DNA of 64,000 nt, from NCBI RefSeq assembly GCF_039654945.1, contig NW_027361687.1, forward strand, positions 23,312,001 through 23,376,000, in the 5' to 3' direction. Position 1 is the stretch's first letter, and every line of letters starts with the position of its first letter. Position numbers and translations under genes: made by a program. The notes below the pieces were generated by a model. The model worked only from the letters and a program-made list of their open reading frames with translations. It ran no database searches and had not been told where the DNA came from. Shown here piece after piece: positions 24,266 through 36,200 of the stretch. The DNA is from Dendrobates tinctorius. Its lineage: Eukaryota.

Positions 24266-27200
24266 CAGGGTGGATTTGATTTAAATCTAACTGATTTAAA
24301 TCACGATTTAAATCACTAGTCAGTAAGGCTTGATTTAAATCAGTGATTTAAATCAAAGTTTCTACCTAAACTAGTTCTTGCTACTTTAACATGCAATTAG
24401 ATGAAGATTTTTAGAATCACTTTTTATATTACTTTTTTCTCCCCAGTTTAATGGGTTAATCATTCATATTTGGACACCACTGTTCTGTTGTACTTAGGAA
24501 GGAGAAAAATAATCCTGACCTTAATAACAATTTAAATAGATTTATTCAACTGAAACAATAACAACATTACAGCATAAGTTATTTGCTTAAACAAACATCC
24601 ATGTTTGTTAACTAATTTGGCTAAACAAAATATATATATATTTTAAGAAACTTAGACTGTCAGCCCAGCCGACACATGAAAAACTTAAATACTACTGTCC
24701 CTGCTGTCCTCTGTAGCTCACTTGTCGTCATCTTCATCATCATCTTCTTTTGTTCCTATTCATAATCTGGAAAAGAAAAACAAGCTTTCCTGCTTTATTG
24801 GGTCCCAACCGATTTCTCAATTTAGAATGAATGAGTCCAAAGGAAGAGAATATTCTTTCAACGCCTGCAGAAGAAGCTACTGCTGTTAAAAGTGAAATCA
24901 TTACTTGAACAGTCTCTAAATCCAAGCGCTTAAGTGACTTCCACCAGTTTACTGGTGTGACCTTCCTTAAAATATCTTCAGCAAACATATATTTCTTGAA
25001 TGGTTCCCCCTTAGCTCTGAAGTTTATTATAGTTGGCATTAAAGATGGATGATTGCTGGATACCCATGTCATAGCTAACTCCTCTTCCTCAGCACTTAGG
25101 TTTTTGACCCTGATAGTGGCAATATTTGCCAAAAAATGAGCTGGAGTCAGTGCTTGTCCCATTCGTTTGTTTACTGCTTGTAATTTAATTCTGTCCATGT
25201 GTAGTTCTGTTTTTAAGTGTTCACTCAGTTCCTTCCAAATTTCAACAGCATCCACAATAAAACAGCTATTTTTCTGTATTTTGTTTAAAGCTTGAGAGAT
25301 GGGTTTCAGGAAGCTCAGCATATGTTCAACATTTCTCTTAAGCCCAATGTTGAGGATTTTGGCCGTGACAGTGCCATCTATTTTATCTCGATTTTCTTCA
25401 CAAAGTGTCATCAGAATAGGCCAGTTTTTGATATACTGCTCAAAACAGTCCACCACAGAGTTCCATCTAACATCTTGTGGGAGCGTTAGCTTGGTTCCAC
25501 CCATCCTTTTCAGAGCTGCTGCAGCAAAATGATTATTACGGAAGTATTTAGCAATTTCAACATTAGCCTTTATTTCTGGAACACTTAAGTCTTTGGCTAA
25601 GAGGTGCAGCAAATGAGCACTGCAACCATATGTTATTAGCAGCTTTGTATTCCCTCCCTGCTCTTCTAAATCTCTTCTCATCTTGGATACGTTTGCAGCA
25701 TTGTCAGTGACCAAACTGCGTACTAGACATTTGAATTTTTGTTCACATGTCGTTATAGCTTTTACTGCCACTTCTTGTAAGTATTCTGCTGTGTGTGCGC
25801 ATTTCCTGACCTATCAGTTGTTTGTGCAAGGAAGACTTTACCTTCTTCTGTTGTTATACAAGCACATACAATAGGATCATTGTGGACAATACTCCACCCA
25901 TCAATACTTAGGTTAACAATTTTACCCTCCAGAGCTGTTGCACATTGCTCCATTTCTGTCATACACTTGATCCAGCAGTTTCCCTGCAACATCAGCTCTG
26001 CTGGGTGGACTGTATCCTGGTCTCAGTGACTGAACTATATTAATGAAATGTGGGTTCTCAGTCAGATGGAAAGAAGAGTTCGTTGCATAAATAAACTGGG
26101 CAATTTTTTCATCAATCAACTCTTTCTAATCTGCTAGTTCTTATCACAAACCTATCTATGGTGGTTCCAGGAGGTAAAGGTTTTTTCTTCCTTTTGGGTG
26201 ATGGTGATATGTGGCTGTGGGTGTCTGATGATGCTGCTGCTAATGAAGCACTATCCTGGATGGATAACTCTGAAACTGTAGAACAGGATGATGGTGATCT
26301 TGGAGGTGGATAGTTTCCAGAATCCATGAATTCCCCTAAACAAAAAAAGTCAATGCTGTTATTTTATTGTTTATACAATTTCTGCTTATTGTACACAACA
26401 CATCACTGCCCCAAAAGGAATATTTGTTTTTCTTAATAACTGTACCAAATGACAGTAACATGCAGTAATAAGAAATATAATTTTTCTCACACATGACAGT
26501 TCAGTCTTTAGAAATAGGATTCAATAAAAATGTTTACCAACCTGAAGATCCTGCCTGTTCAGAAGTGTTTCTTTGGTCATCTTCATCACCGCACTTCTCA
26601 TGATGTTGCCTCATTTGCGCCACCAGGCCTTGCATCTCTTTGTTGCATCGTTTGCATTTTGCACGCATGCCTGCCTTACCGATAGGCGAAGGAGCTTCAT
26701 TAAAATATTCCCAAACTGGGTCTCTTTTACGGCCTGCTGCCATTATAAGGAAAGAATGTAATAAACCTCAGATCGTACACACAAACAGATCCAGACTTGT
26801 CTGTCTGTGGCTATGCTGCAGTATTGTGCTCAAAGTTTCACTTTCATTTTCTTGTCTGCTTGCCATTCCTCCTCCTCACACTTAGATTCACATTCTTCTT
26901 GTGTTGTGCAGATCTATTCCACTCCAAACAATCAGAAACATATTGTCTAACTTCTTGGACTAGGCACTGAAGGGGTTGATTCTGTATTCATAGGTTTGTA
27001 GAACAATAGGATTAAGGTCTTTTTCTCAACAATGTTCATGTTGTAACATTTTTGCCTTGAAGAAGAGGCTGGGACCTCTGCGGAGTCAAATTCAGTTTTG
27101 AGAACTGCGTAAGTAAAGCGAGCGTCTGTGATAATATAGGAGAGAAACTGCCCACTAATCCTACAGAAACCTCTGGAAGAGCATGGCATTGTGAATGTTA

Positions 27201-27402
27201 CACATATACAGCCTTTATTCTACTGAGTTAAACAACTCAGCTTTATCTCATGATGGAAGAACCTTTGGATGGTAAAATATTTTCCTCAAAAAGCAGTTTA
27301 TTGAAAAAAATCTGATTTAAATAAAAAAAATCCGATTTAAATAAAAAAAAACCCAATTTTTTTGATTTTTTTAAAAAAAAACATTGATTTTTATCCACCC
27401 TG
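24266..27402 (-). mobile_element. Full-length hAT DNA transposon (3137 bp)
   Basis: TIRs CAGGGTGGAT.../...ATCCACCCTG. Perfect 8-bp TSD GTGTCTTG at 24258-24265 and 27403-27410. GATTTAAAT subterminal repeats at both ends. Confidence 0.96.
24740..26743 (-). pseudogene. hAT transposase (BED finger, DDE core, dimerisation domain) with one intron and frameshifts
   Basis: DPVWEYF...CKRC...HHEKC, SIDGWS, VTDNAANV, CSAHLLHL, VRWNS, WW, SSAGVERIFS. Phase-1 intron ~26541-26336. Frameshifts near 26115, 25950 and 25790. Confidence 0.92.
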
Positions 27403-27474
27403 GTGTCTTGGGCTACGTACAGGTGTTGTTTCCTAAATCAAGCAAAAGTTAGACTGTACCAAAATCTCTGTTGA

Positions 27475-28030
27475 CTAGAGATGAGCGAACGTGCTCGGTT
27501 AACATCTTATCAGAGAACACTCAGGTGTCCTCTGAACTGGCTATGCTCGTATATTATGTTCCAGTCCCTGCGGCTGCATGATTCACAGCTGTTAGGGTGT
27601 GTGCACATGCTGCGGAGTCTTCTGCGATCCGAAGCGGATTTGGCTGATACAGTACCATTATTCCCTATGGGAAATGGAAACCGCTGTGCAGACGCTGCGG
27701 AATTGTCAATTCTTTCTGTGGATTCCTATCTCCACCATTGTGGAGATGGTGAAACCACAGAGCCAAAACGCAGGATAATCCGCAGGTCTTTTGACCTGCG
27801 GATTTATCTGCGGATTTTGCAAAATCCGCACAGATGAATCCGCAGTGTGTGCACATACCCTTAGACAGCCTGAACACATGTGGGGATTGCGTAACAAACA
27901 GGCAATCTCTGCATGTGCTGCAGCTGTCTAACAGCCACAAATCATGCAGCTGCAGGGACTAAAACATAATATATGAGCATGCCCAGATGCTCGGATAACA
28001 CGTTATCTGAGCACATTCACTGATCACTAT
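27475..28030. mobile_element. Non-autonomous DNA element with TAGAGATGAGCGAA-type TIRs
   Basis: TAGAGATGAGCGAACGTGCTCGG at the left end and CTGAGCACATTCACTGATCACTA at the right end. Internal inverted symmetry. Confidence 0.7.
27595..27860. mobile_element. Harbinger-type MITE nested in the previous element
   Basis: TIRs GGGTGTGTGCACA/TGTGCACATACCC. TTA TSD at 27592-27594 and 27861-27863. GCGGA repeats. Confidence 0.85.
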
Positions 28031-28203
28031 ATAGATCACTAGAGGTAAGTTGGTTGTGTTACTCTATTCTTGCCAATTTGCGTTTTAGGCCATCCCGAGC
28101 TCGGTGGATACTGTGGTTCACTATATTGCTGTAACTTCATTGTGATTTGTAAATGTAATAGAGATGACCGAATTGTTCCATCTGAGTCAAGTTTCTTGAG
28201 TTA

Positions 28204-28622
28204 GGCTGGTTTCACACTAGCGTTTTTTAGCGCAGCGCATCCATGCACATGCGCCATGCTCCCCTATGTTTAACATGGGGGCACATGGTCTAGCGTTTGC
28301 ATGCGTTTTCGTGTGCATGCTTTTTTTTCAGTGTGCGCCTAAGCGAGCCGGACGCAACCTGTTGCATTTTTGGTCCGTCCAACCTGTCAAAAAAACGCAT
28401 GCTCACAGAATGCGCCAGAAAAATCACATTACAGTCTATGGGAACGCAGGCATGCGCATGGACATGCGCCTGAGTTTCAAATCGCATGCATTTTAACAGT
28501 TAACATGGCTTGAAACTGGTTAAAACGCATGCGCCTAAAAAAAAAGCAAACGCATGATGCGTTGCATGCGTTTCTATTGCGAACGAAGCGCTGCGCTAAA
28601 AAACGCTAATGTGAAACTAGCC
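28204..28622. mobile_element. Harbinger-type MITE
   Basis: ~35-bp TIRs GGCTGGTTTCACACTAGCGTTTTTTAGCGCAGCGC and its complement. TTA TSD at 28201-28203 and 28623-28625. Confidence 0.9.
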
Positions 28623-28774
28623 TTACTTCAAAAGGAGTTATTGACAAATTGGTGGGATTGAGATTTGGTTTGGCTGGCAGCGCTCCAATATTGGACAATG
28701 ACAAAGGGCACATTGGAACTTCTTTGACGGTGGGTCCTTTTGTGCCTATCCGTTCACTTGGAAAAAATTAAATG

Positions 28775-28812
<38 letters not shown>

Positions 28813-30289
28813 CAATTTAGGTGAAAAAAAGGTCAAAGGTTTCATTTTTTTTCTGCAATAAATGTGCCATTTCCACCCGCCATAGGCGTTTTTCAAGCAT
28901 ATAAAATGGTGTAAAAACCAGGTTTAAAGAGCGAACATAATTACAGAGGAAGCAATCAGAGAGTGTCCCCTCCACATCACAACGATGTAAGCGAACTAAA
29001 TTAAAAAACAAAACATACTCGTGTATATACATAAATGAGTGTATACATCATCCTCAATAGAAATACATCAGCTCCATATAATTACAATGTATTCAAATGC
29101 ATGCATAACAATATCAGAAGATGAAGAAAAGGCCTTTGCCCTATTATCCAATCAGTAGACTGCATCCCCAGATTTGCAGATTTGACAACTTGCCCGGCGA
29201 ACTTCAGTCACATCAGCCAAAGCTTTTTAAGATCCAGCTAGACACATCTGTCTGAGTATTGACCAAGCTTTGTGTTTAGTTACCATTTGCTTTGTAGCAT
29301 GCCACCAGTTCTTTTACCAGCAGTCAACGCAGCACCTGCTGTAGTTCCTACTACTCAGGCCTGCTGATTAACCCTTCATCTGTTGTTGGACTTGCTTACA
29401 CTGCTAATGTTTTTGTATTAGTATATCTTCTCAATAAACCAACAGCTATCTATCATTTTCTGATTAACCCTTCACCCCTCTGGACTTGTTCACACTACGC
29501 TGCAGCAGTTCCTCACCTGGCTTTACTTTTTCAGTTCTTCTGTTTGTCTACACCCCTGACTATCTTTTTTGGTGTTGTCCTGCCTGCCGACTCGCTTACC
29601 CCGCGATCCTGATTCTCGCTGTTCTACTTGCTATCTTGCAAGTCTTCAGATTGGAGCGCTGTACATTGAGCACATTTCATTTTTAGTTTGCCACTTTCTG
29701 ATGCTCTGGTGTTACGTAGCAACAAGCATGCGACAGCAATTATCGGACAAGCAACACAACCACAAATTATTGTGCTATTAATTTATAGATGTGACCTAGC
29801 TGTAAAAAGCAGCCAGACAGCTGCATGTGACTTGCGTTGAAGTGTATGGGGGCACAGGGGTGTGGAAGTTTTGAGCTAAAATACAACAGGACCGACACAT
29901 CATTGAAATCCTGAAGCCATTTTTTAAGAAGGCAGACTGTAACCCAATTCTTGACTGCCTCTCACAAGATCGTCACAGGCACGGGGCAGTGAATCATGTC
30001 ACGGTTTATATCCGGTCAAAGCAGGCACAATCAACAATTGCTTTGTCTCAGCGGAGAATATTCATAGCGGACTATACAAGTCACAGTAATAAATAATGAA
30101 TGTTTTATCTCTGTGACCTGTACTAATGACTAATGTGTACAGAATAATAGCCTTGGGACTAACTAAGCTCTCCGGCCTGCCAAACAAGTCCATGCGAACA
30201 CTGTATCTGCGCAGCTGACATGTCTCTACAAGTAACTGAATACAATCTCCTTACTGCTATGACACCAGAGACCCAAGCAATTTCCTGGT

Positions 30290-31080
30290 ATAGGGCCCAT
30301 CAGTCATCCCATAGGTCACCAATGGTCAGGAGCAGGTGACCTTAGTGAGGTAATGATCTTTTGGCAGCACTAGAGGATAAGGGATCTATTGAGTGCAAAT
30401 TATAATTTCACATTGCCTGACTATACTCATTTTTTTTTAATCAAGGGGCCCACCTCTCATCCCCTAGGTCAGGAGCAAGTTACCCTAGTCAGGTAGTGAT
30501 CTAGTGGCAGCACTAGAAGGAAGGGGATTACTGAGTGCAAATTATAATTCCACATTGCCTGACTACACTCATTAGGCCTCACCTCTCATCCCCTAGGTAA
30601 AGAGGAGCTTAACCCTAGTGAGGTAGCAATATAGCAGCAGGGTTTTTACCAAATGAGTCTAAATTATTATATTATTATTTTATTTTCCCACATTGCTTTA
30701 AATAGTCATTTTTAAATTATATGGCTCCATCTCTCATCCCCCCCAGATCAGGAGCAGGTGACCTTAGTGAGGTAGTGATCTAGCGGTAGCACTATGGAGC
30801 ATGGGAGTTACCAGGTGAGTGTAAATGATTATTTAATTACCTTGCATTGCCTGCCTTTAGTCATTTTTTTTTTTACATTATAGGGCCCATCTGTCATCAT
30901 CTTGATATGGAGTAGTTGACCTTAGTGAGGTAGCGATCTAGTGCCTGAACAAAAGGCAAGTGATTGGCAGGCACGTCATCACCAACGGATCAACAAAGCA
31001 GTGACATTGGCAGGCAGGGGATTTTGTAGGCAAGTGTAAATTATTGTAAGATCCCATATTGCCTACCTTTAGTCATTTTT
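30290..31080. repeat. Diverged tandem repeat, ~130-160-bp unit, ~5 copies
   Basis: Recurring GGCCCATCTCTCATCCC...GGAGCAGGTGACCTTAGTGAGGTAGTGATCTAG...CACATTGCC, with units starting near 30293, 30446, 30574, 30723 and 30883. Confidence 0.8.
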
Positions 31081-31579
31081 TAATCGCAAACAAACTCCTT
31101 ATGATCTGCTCAAGAATTCTATTTTTCTTGGCCCATCTTATATCAAGGCCCTATGTAGGCAACAAGCCTATTTCCTCAGTTATCGTGTATTACACGACCG
31201 GCACCCAAGAGTATCTTTGATCACATCAGTTTAACCCATTAAATGGTGCCGTCAAGCATGACCGCTGCATTTAAAGAGGTATCCAAGATAGCTGCCGTCC
31301 GCTTGAAGCGCATCAGCATCCTACACAATGCGGTCGCTGGGTGACGATGGGGTGCCATGACAGCCAGGGGCACTATGAAGGCCTCTTTGTCTGCCGTGGT
31401 ATTATGCCTAAAAAGCCGAGCCTACCACTGTAGACACAAAGACCTTCTGCAGAACTCTGGTTGTCATGGCTGGGCTTCATCAAAGACTAGTCATTTTCCA
31501 ATACACACCAATACTACTGTAGTGCAGTGTATTGTATAGACAACCTAGCAATCACAGGTGTAAGTCTCCTAAAGGGGGA

Positions 31580-31759
31580 NNNNNNNNNNNNNNNNNNNNN
31601 NNNNNNNNNNNNNNNNNNNNNNNNNNNNNNNNNNNNNNNNNNNNNNNNNNNNNNNNNNNNNNNNNNNNNNNNNNNNNNNNNNNNNNNNNNNNNNNNNNNN
31701 NNNNNNNNNNNNNNNNNNNNNNNNNNNNNNNNNNNNNNNNNNNNNNNNNNNNNNNNNNN
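31580..31759. other. Assembly gap
   Basis: Run of N. Confidence 1.
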
Positions 31760-33210
31760 TTCCCCAAATGCAAATGGCAAACATTATATAACAAAAAAAA
31801 AAGAAATTCCGAAAAAGTAAAATGGAAAAAAAAAAATAAATAAAAAAAACGACATTTGGTACATATACACGCACAATTTCCCAAAGTGAAAAAACATTTA
31901 TCCCAATGCTTAAAAAAAAAATATAAAATAAAACTTGCATTTTTTGGGAGACGTATAGTAACCAAAAACATGATAAAAAAGCAAATCAAAAATGTGATAT
32001 GTACCCCAAAATAGTAAAAATTAAAAAAGTCATCTCGACGTGCAAAAAACAAGCCCTTAAACACTTCCATCATTGGAAAAATAAAGTTACGAACGTCAGA
32101 AAATCATTACTCAAACCAAAATGGTTTTCTTTCGGGACAAGCGAGGACGTGTGTCCAAAAACGGAAATGTCCAATGTGGTCAATTTAACCATACAGAAAA
32201 AAATAAGTCCTCGACCACCAAGTCTCAATACCATTGGTTCAGCATCTGCCATTACTAGTAAGGAAGGCATGCCATAGTCGGACTGCTCTAACTGTAAAGA
32301 ACCCTTTCCTAAATCGATGTCTGAAAGATCTTTTTTCTGAACTTAATGAATGTCCTGTGGTCCTTTGTAGATTTCATGGAGAATTAATAAATCAGGCAGC
32401 CAGTTCTTTGTACTGACCAAGCATCTAAATTCTACTCCTCACTCACAGCATTTAGCGTCACAGCTGGTAAAACAGGGTGGAGACAGGAGGCGCCCTTTGA
32501 TGTAAATTCTCATGTGTGATCATCATAATTAGAAACCAGTAATTAAAACGTAGCTCAAAAAATCTTAACCTTTTATTAAAGAGTTCCCAACACCAGAGTG
32601 TAAAATACTTCACAAATCACAACCTGTAACTCTCCAGCCGTAAGCATACTACAACTCCCAGCATGCCCTGACATTAGGCACCTTGGTGGATAGTAAGCCA
32701 CAAGACAACAGGTTTAAGACTTCAGTGATTTTATGTCTAATAAATTATATATTAACAGGTAAAAAACCATGACCGCTGTTTTCAAAGACAGCGCCAGACC
32801 TGTCAGCAGGTTGTATGTGGTACTGCAACTCTTAAATTTATACATTTTGGGTTAAAAAAAAACGTTTTTTGCAATTGGGTTTCAATAAAAATTTTGCATT
32901 GTTTGCCTTCTATATCTTTTGTGTGGTACTGCTTATTGCTAGCTGGTTAAGGAGTTAACTGAATACGTCAGTGAGCTCGTTCTGGGAGAGTTTGTATTTT
33001 TTTTTATCTGTATAAATACAGGTCCTGCAATGCCTGCACATGAGGAAAGAGACATGGCGATTCAGGAGAACTATACTACATTTCTAGTTGGAGGTATTTG
33101 CTAATATTTTTATTATACCTACTACATGTTGGGGTAGGATCTTGGAGATGGGAATACGTTTTTAAGTAAACAGGTATGGATTAAGAACAATACGCCCTAA
33201 TCTATCTCCT

Positions 33211-33289
33211 TTATCTCCCTTTCTTTTTTCGTGGAGGGCGATACACAGAGGTCTGGTGCTCCTTCCGGTCAAATTCATCATGTCCTTCC
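33211..33289 (-). CDS. ZFYVE19: ZFYVE19 exon 11 (last coding)
   Basis: [25 protein letters not shown]. cag| acceptor. Confidence 0.92.
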
Positions 33290-36200
33290 CTGCAATGAAA
33301 AGAAAGAGAAATCTATTATCTAGCTGCAGGCAAAAAAAAAAAAAGTAAAAGTGATCAATAACCCCATAGGACTGGAGCTTTTTTCGGTTTTGCGCTTTTG
33401 TTTTTCACTCCCCTCCTTCCCAGAGCCATAACTTTATTTTTCCGTCAATATGGCCGTGTGAGGGCTTATTTTTTGCGGGACGAGTTGTACTTTTGAACGA
33501 CACCATTCGTTTTTCAATGTCGTGTAGTCGAAAACGGGAAAATAATTCCAAGTGCGGTGAAATTACAATAAAAGTGCAATCTTACACTTGTTTTTTGTTT
33601 GGCTTTTTTTACTAGGTTCACTAAATACTAAAACTGACCTGCCATTATGATTCTCCAGGTCATTACGAGTTCATAGACACCAAACATGTCTAGGTTCTTT
33701 TTTATCTAAGTGGTGAAAAAAAAATTCCAAAGTTTGCTAAAAAAAAAATTAAAAATATTGCGCCATTTTCCGATACCCATAGCGTCTCCATTTTTCTGGA
33801 CAGTAAAGGCAATGATTGCTACACTAGACATGTGCTTTTTATGGGGGTCTCTACTCTATATGACTGTGCCTAGTTTGACTTTTTGGTTTGGGCTTGACAA
33901 ACTACCTCTTGGCTCTCTCCATTCACCTCTATGAGAATTAGAGGGGTTGTGCAAGGAAAACAAGTTATCAAATTGATCGGTAGAGGTCTGACCTCCAGGA
34001 CTCGCAGCGATCACCAGAACGGGACACAGTTATCCCCGCTAGAATAGAGAAGCAGCATACAGTCAACCACCTCCTCATTCATTCTCTATGAAGCTGACGA
34101 GAGCTGCACTCGTTTTTTTCCCCCGTTAGCCCATATAGAATGAGTAGAGCGGCGTTGGCCGACCGACCTGCCATTTTGTAATGGTGAAAACTACAGACTT
34201 TGCTCTAACAAGTACTTTGCAATTTTTGAACGAGCCAACCCCTTTAATTAATCGTATCACAATGTGAGGTCTTTGCATCCCTTTTTTTATGATGGGAGTT
34301 AATTACCATCAAATTAGTCCCTTTAGGCTTCTTGGATGGTTACCAGCAGGATTTTAATGGAGAGGAATCCAAGCAGTCAGCAATTTAGGGAGTCCCATCT
34401 TCGGCATGAGCCAGGCTCGGACTTAGACCAGTCCGTCACATGTATGATGGAGAAGACCCCCTCGGAGCCGATCATACCTGAAGCACCGCTGACAGTAGAG
34501 GTCACCTTCACAATCATGGCATCTTATAGCCGCATCCTCATTGCAGATACAGCACCAGGGCAGCTCGTCCTCATCGGAGTCAAGGTCCTTTACTTTTACA
34601 GCTGTGATTCTAGCGGGCTGGATCTCTGATGACAACTAATATATGAATATTAGGAATTATTCATTTTAGACTTCACACCAAATGACAGATGAAAAAGGCT
34701 CAAGCTCACGGAAAAGCTCCTGTATATTTCTAGAACAGATACCAGTAAAGAAGAGGTGGAGGGTACATTGACATCGATACTCAGAGTCCAATTTAAAGGG
34801 GTTTCTAAGTTTTGGTAAAATCCCTCTCGCCTAGCTGCTGTTTAAACCTTGCTTTACTCAACCTCCCCAGGTCCAGTGCAGAGTCTCCACCGCTGCTCCT
34901 GGTCTCTGTCATTGTCTGCAGTCAGTGACTCATGTTGTCCACTCTGGCAGAGCACACCGATTGGCTGCAGCACTGTCAAAGCAATGACAGAATCAGCGCT
35001 TGACCGTGGAAAGGTTTTTCAAGTAAATTGCAGGAAACCTCCTTTAAGGATTGAAGTGGACAAACCACTTAACTGGGTTATTCCCCATCATTATATATGG
35101 GTATTACGAGAGGGTGTGTAAGTACAAGCAATTTTCCAATTTACGGCTTGTTAAAATTTTCAGCCATTTTAGAGATATTAACACTTTTCTTTTGTTTACA
35201 GCTTGTTGCCTTGGAGACCGACCACCGCTGCTGGACAGAATGTGTACAGTGCTTACAAGCACTTTCTATTGATCTTGTAAACACTGTTTTGAAGATGGCC
35301 AGGATCACAGGAGCCCTCTGTTCTCTCCTAACCCCAGAGAACTTCAGCCCAAGCTAGACAGCAGCAGTGGTCGGTCTTTTAGGCAACGAGTTGTTAAAAG
35401 AAAAGTGTTGATATCTCAAGAGCGGCTGCAAATTGTAATAAACAGTAAATTGCAAAAGTGCTTGTTTTTACAAGCTCTATCCAACAATGCCCACTTCTCA
35501 AGATGGGAAAAAAAAAAAAAAAATAAAATATGATCATCTGTACAATGTATATTGATATAACAGTCAGATTGGCGCTACAGTGGTCCGGCATCCACCGAGT
35601 CTTGGCATGAGTGCGAGGATACAGAGGTAATGTGATGGGAGCCATTGGGTCACAGTGCACTGCAAACAATTTGGGTCTGCGTTGGCCCATTATGGGAGGA
35701 CATGGGTATGGTGTGTGTAGCATAAGAAAGCACAAACTCTACATACAGTCCTGGGTACGATGCATGCGACTGTCACAGCGGCTTAGTGACTGCAAGAGGC
35801 GCTCAGGATGCCGATAGTCGGGAGCTGGCCAAGGGAGTTCGCACTGCTCTGGTCTGGCAGGTATGGGGTCCGGAATTTGAACAATGGAGCAGGGTAGTGC
35901 AAACCTTGTAATAACCAATCACTTAAAGTATTATAAATGCATGTTTTGTTTTATAGAGATTCAGCAATCCAACAGGAGATACTAGGGGCAAAGATCAAAA
36001 TCCCCTGGCACAAAAAGGACTACTAATATTAAGGGGGTGTCCAGGGACCAATACTGAGGACTTTGCCACAGGATAAGTTATCAATATCAGATTGGCAGGC
36101 ATTCAACACAATGCCTGCCAAATCTTCAGCCACCAAAGTTCCCAGTTCACTGTAGTAGCCGTTCTCTGGTTACTGCAGCTCCGATCCCATTCACTTCAAT

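Noticed and set aside
24740-26743. Host ZBED gene
   Set aside because: It is bounded by TIRs with a perfect 8-bp TSD and is frameshifted.
29870-29940. IIEILKPF peptide resembling a hAT transposase segment
   Set aside because: Too short and decayed to support a call.
32648-32670. ZNF143-like motif ACTACAACTCCCAGCATGC
   Set aside because: It is isolated, downstream of the ZFYVE19 stop and has no promoter context. It is likely repeat-derived.
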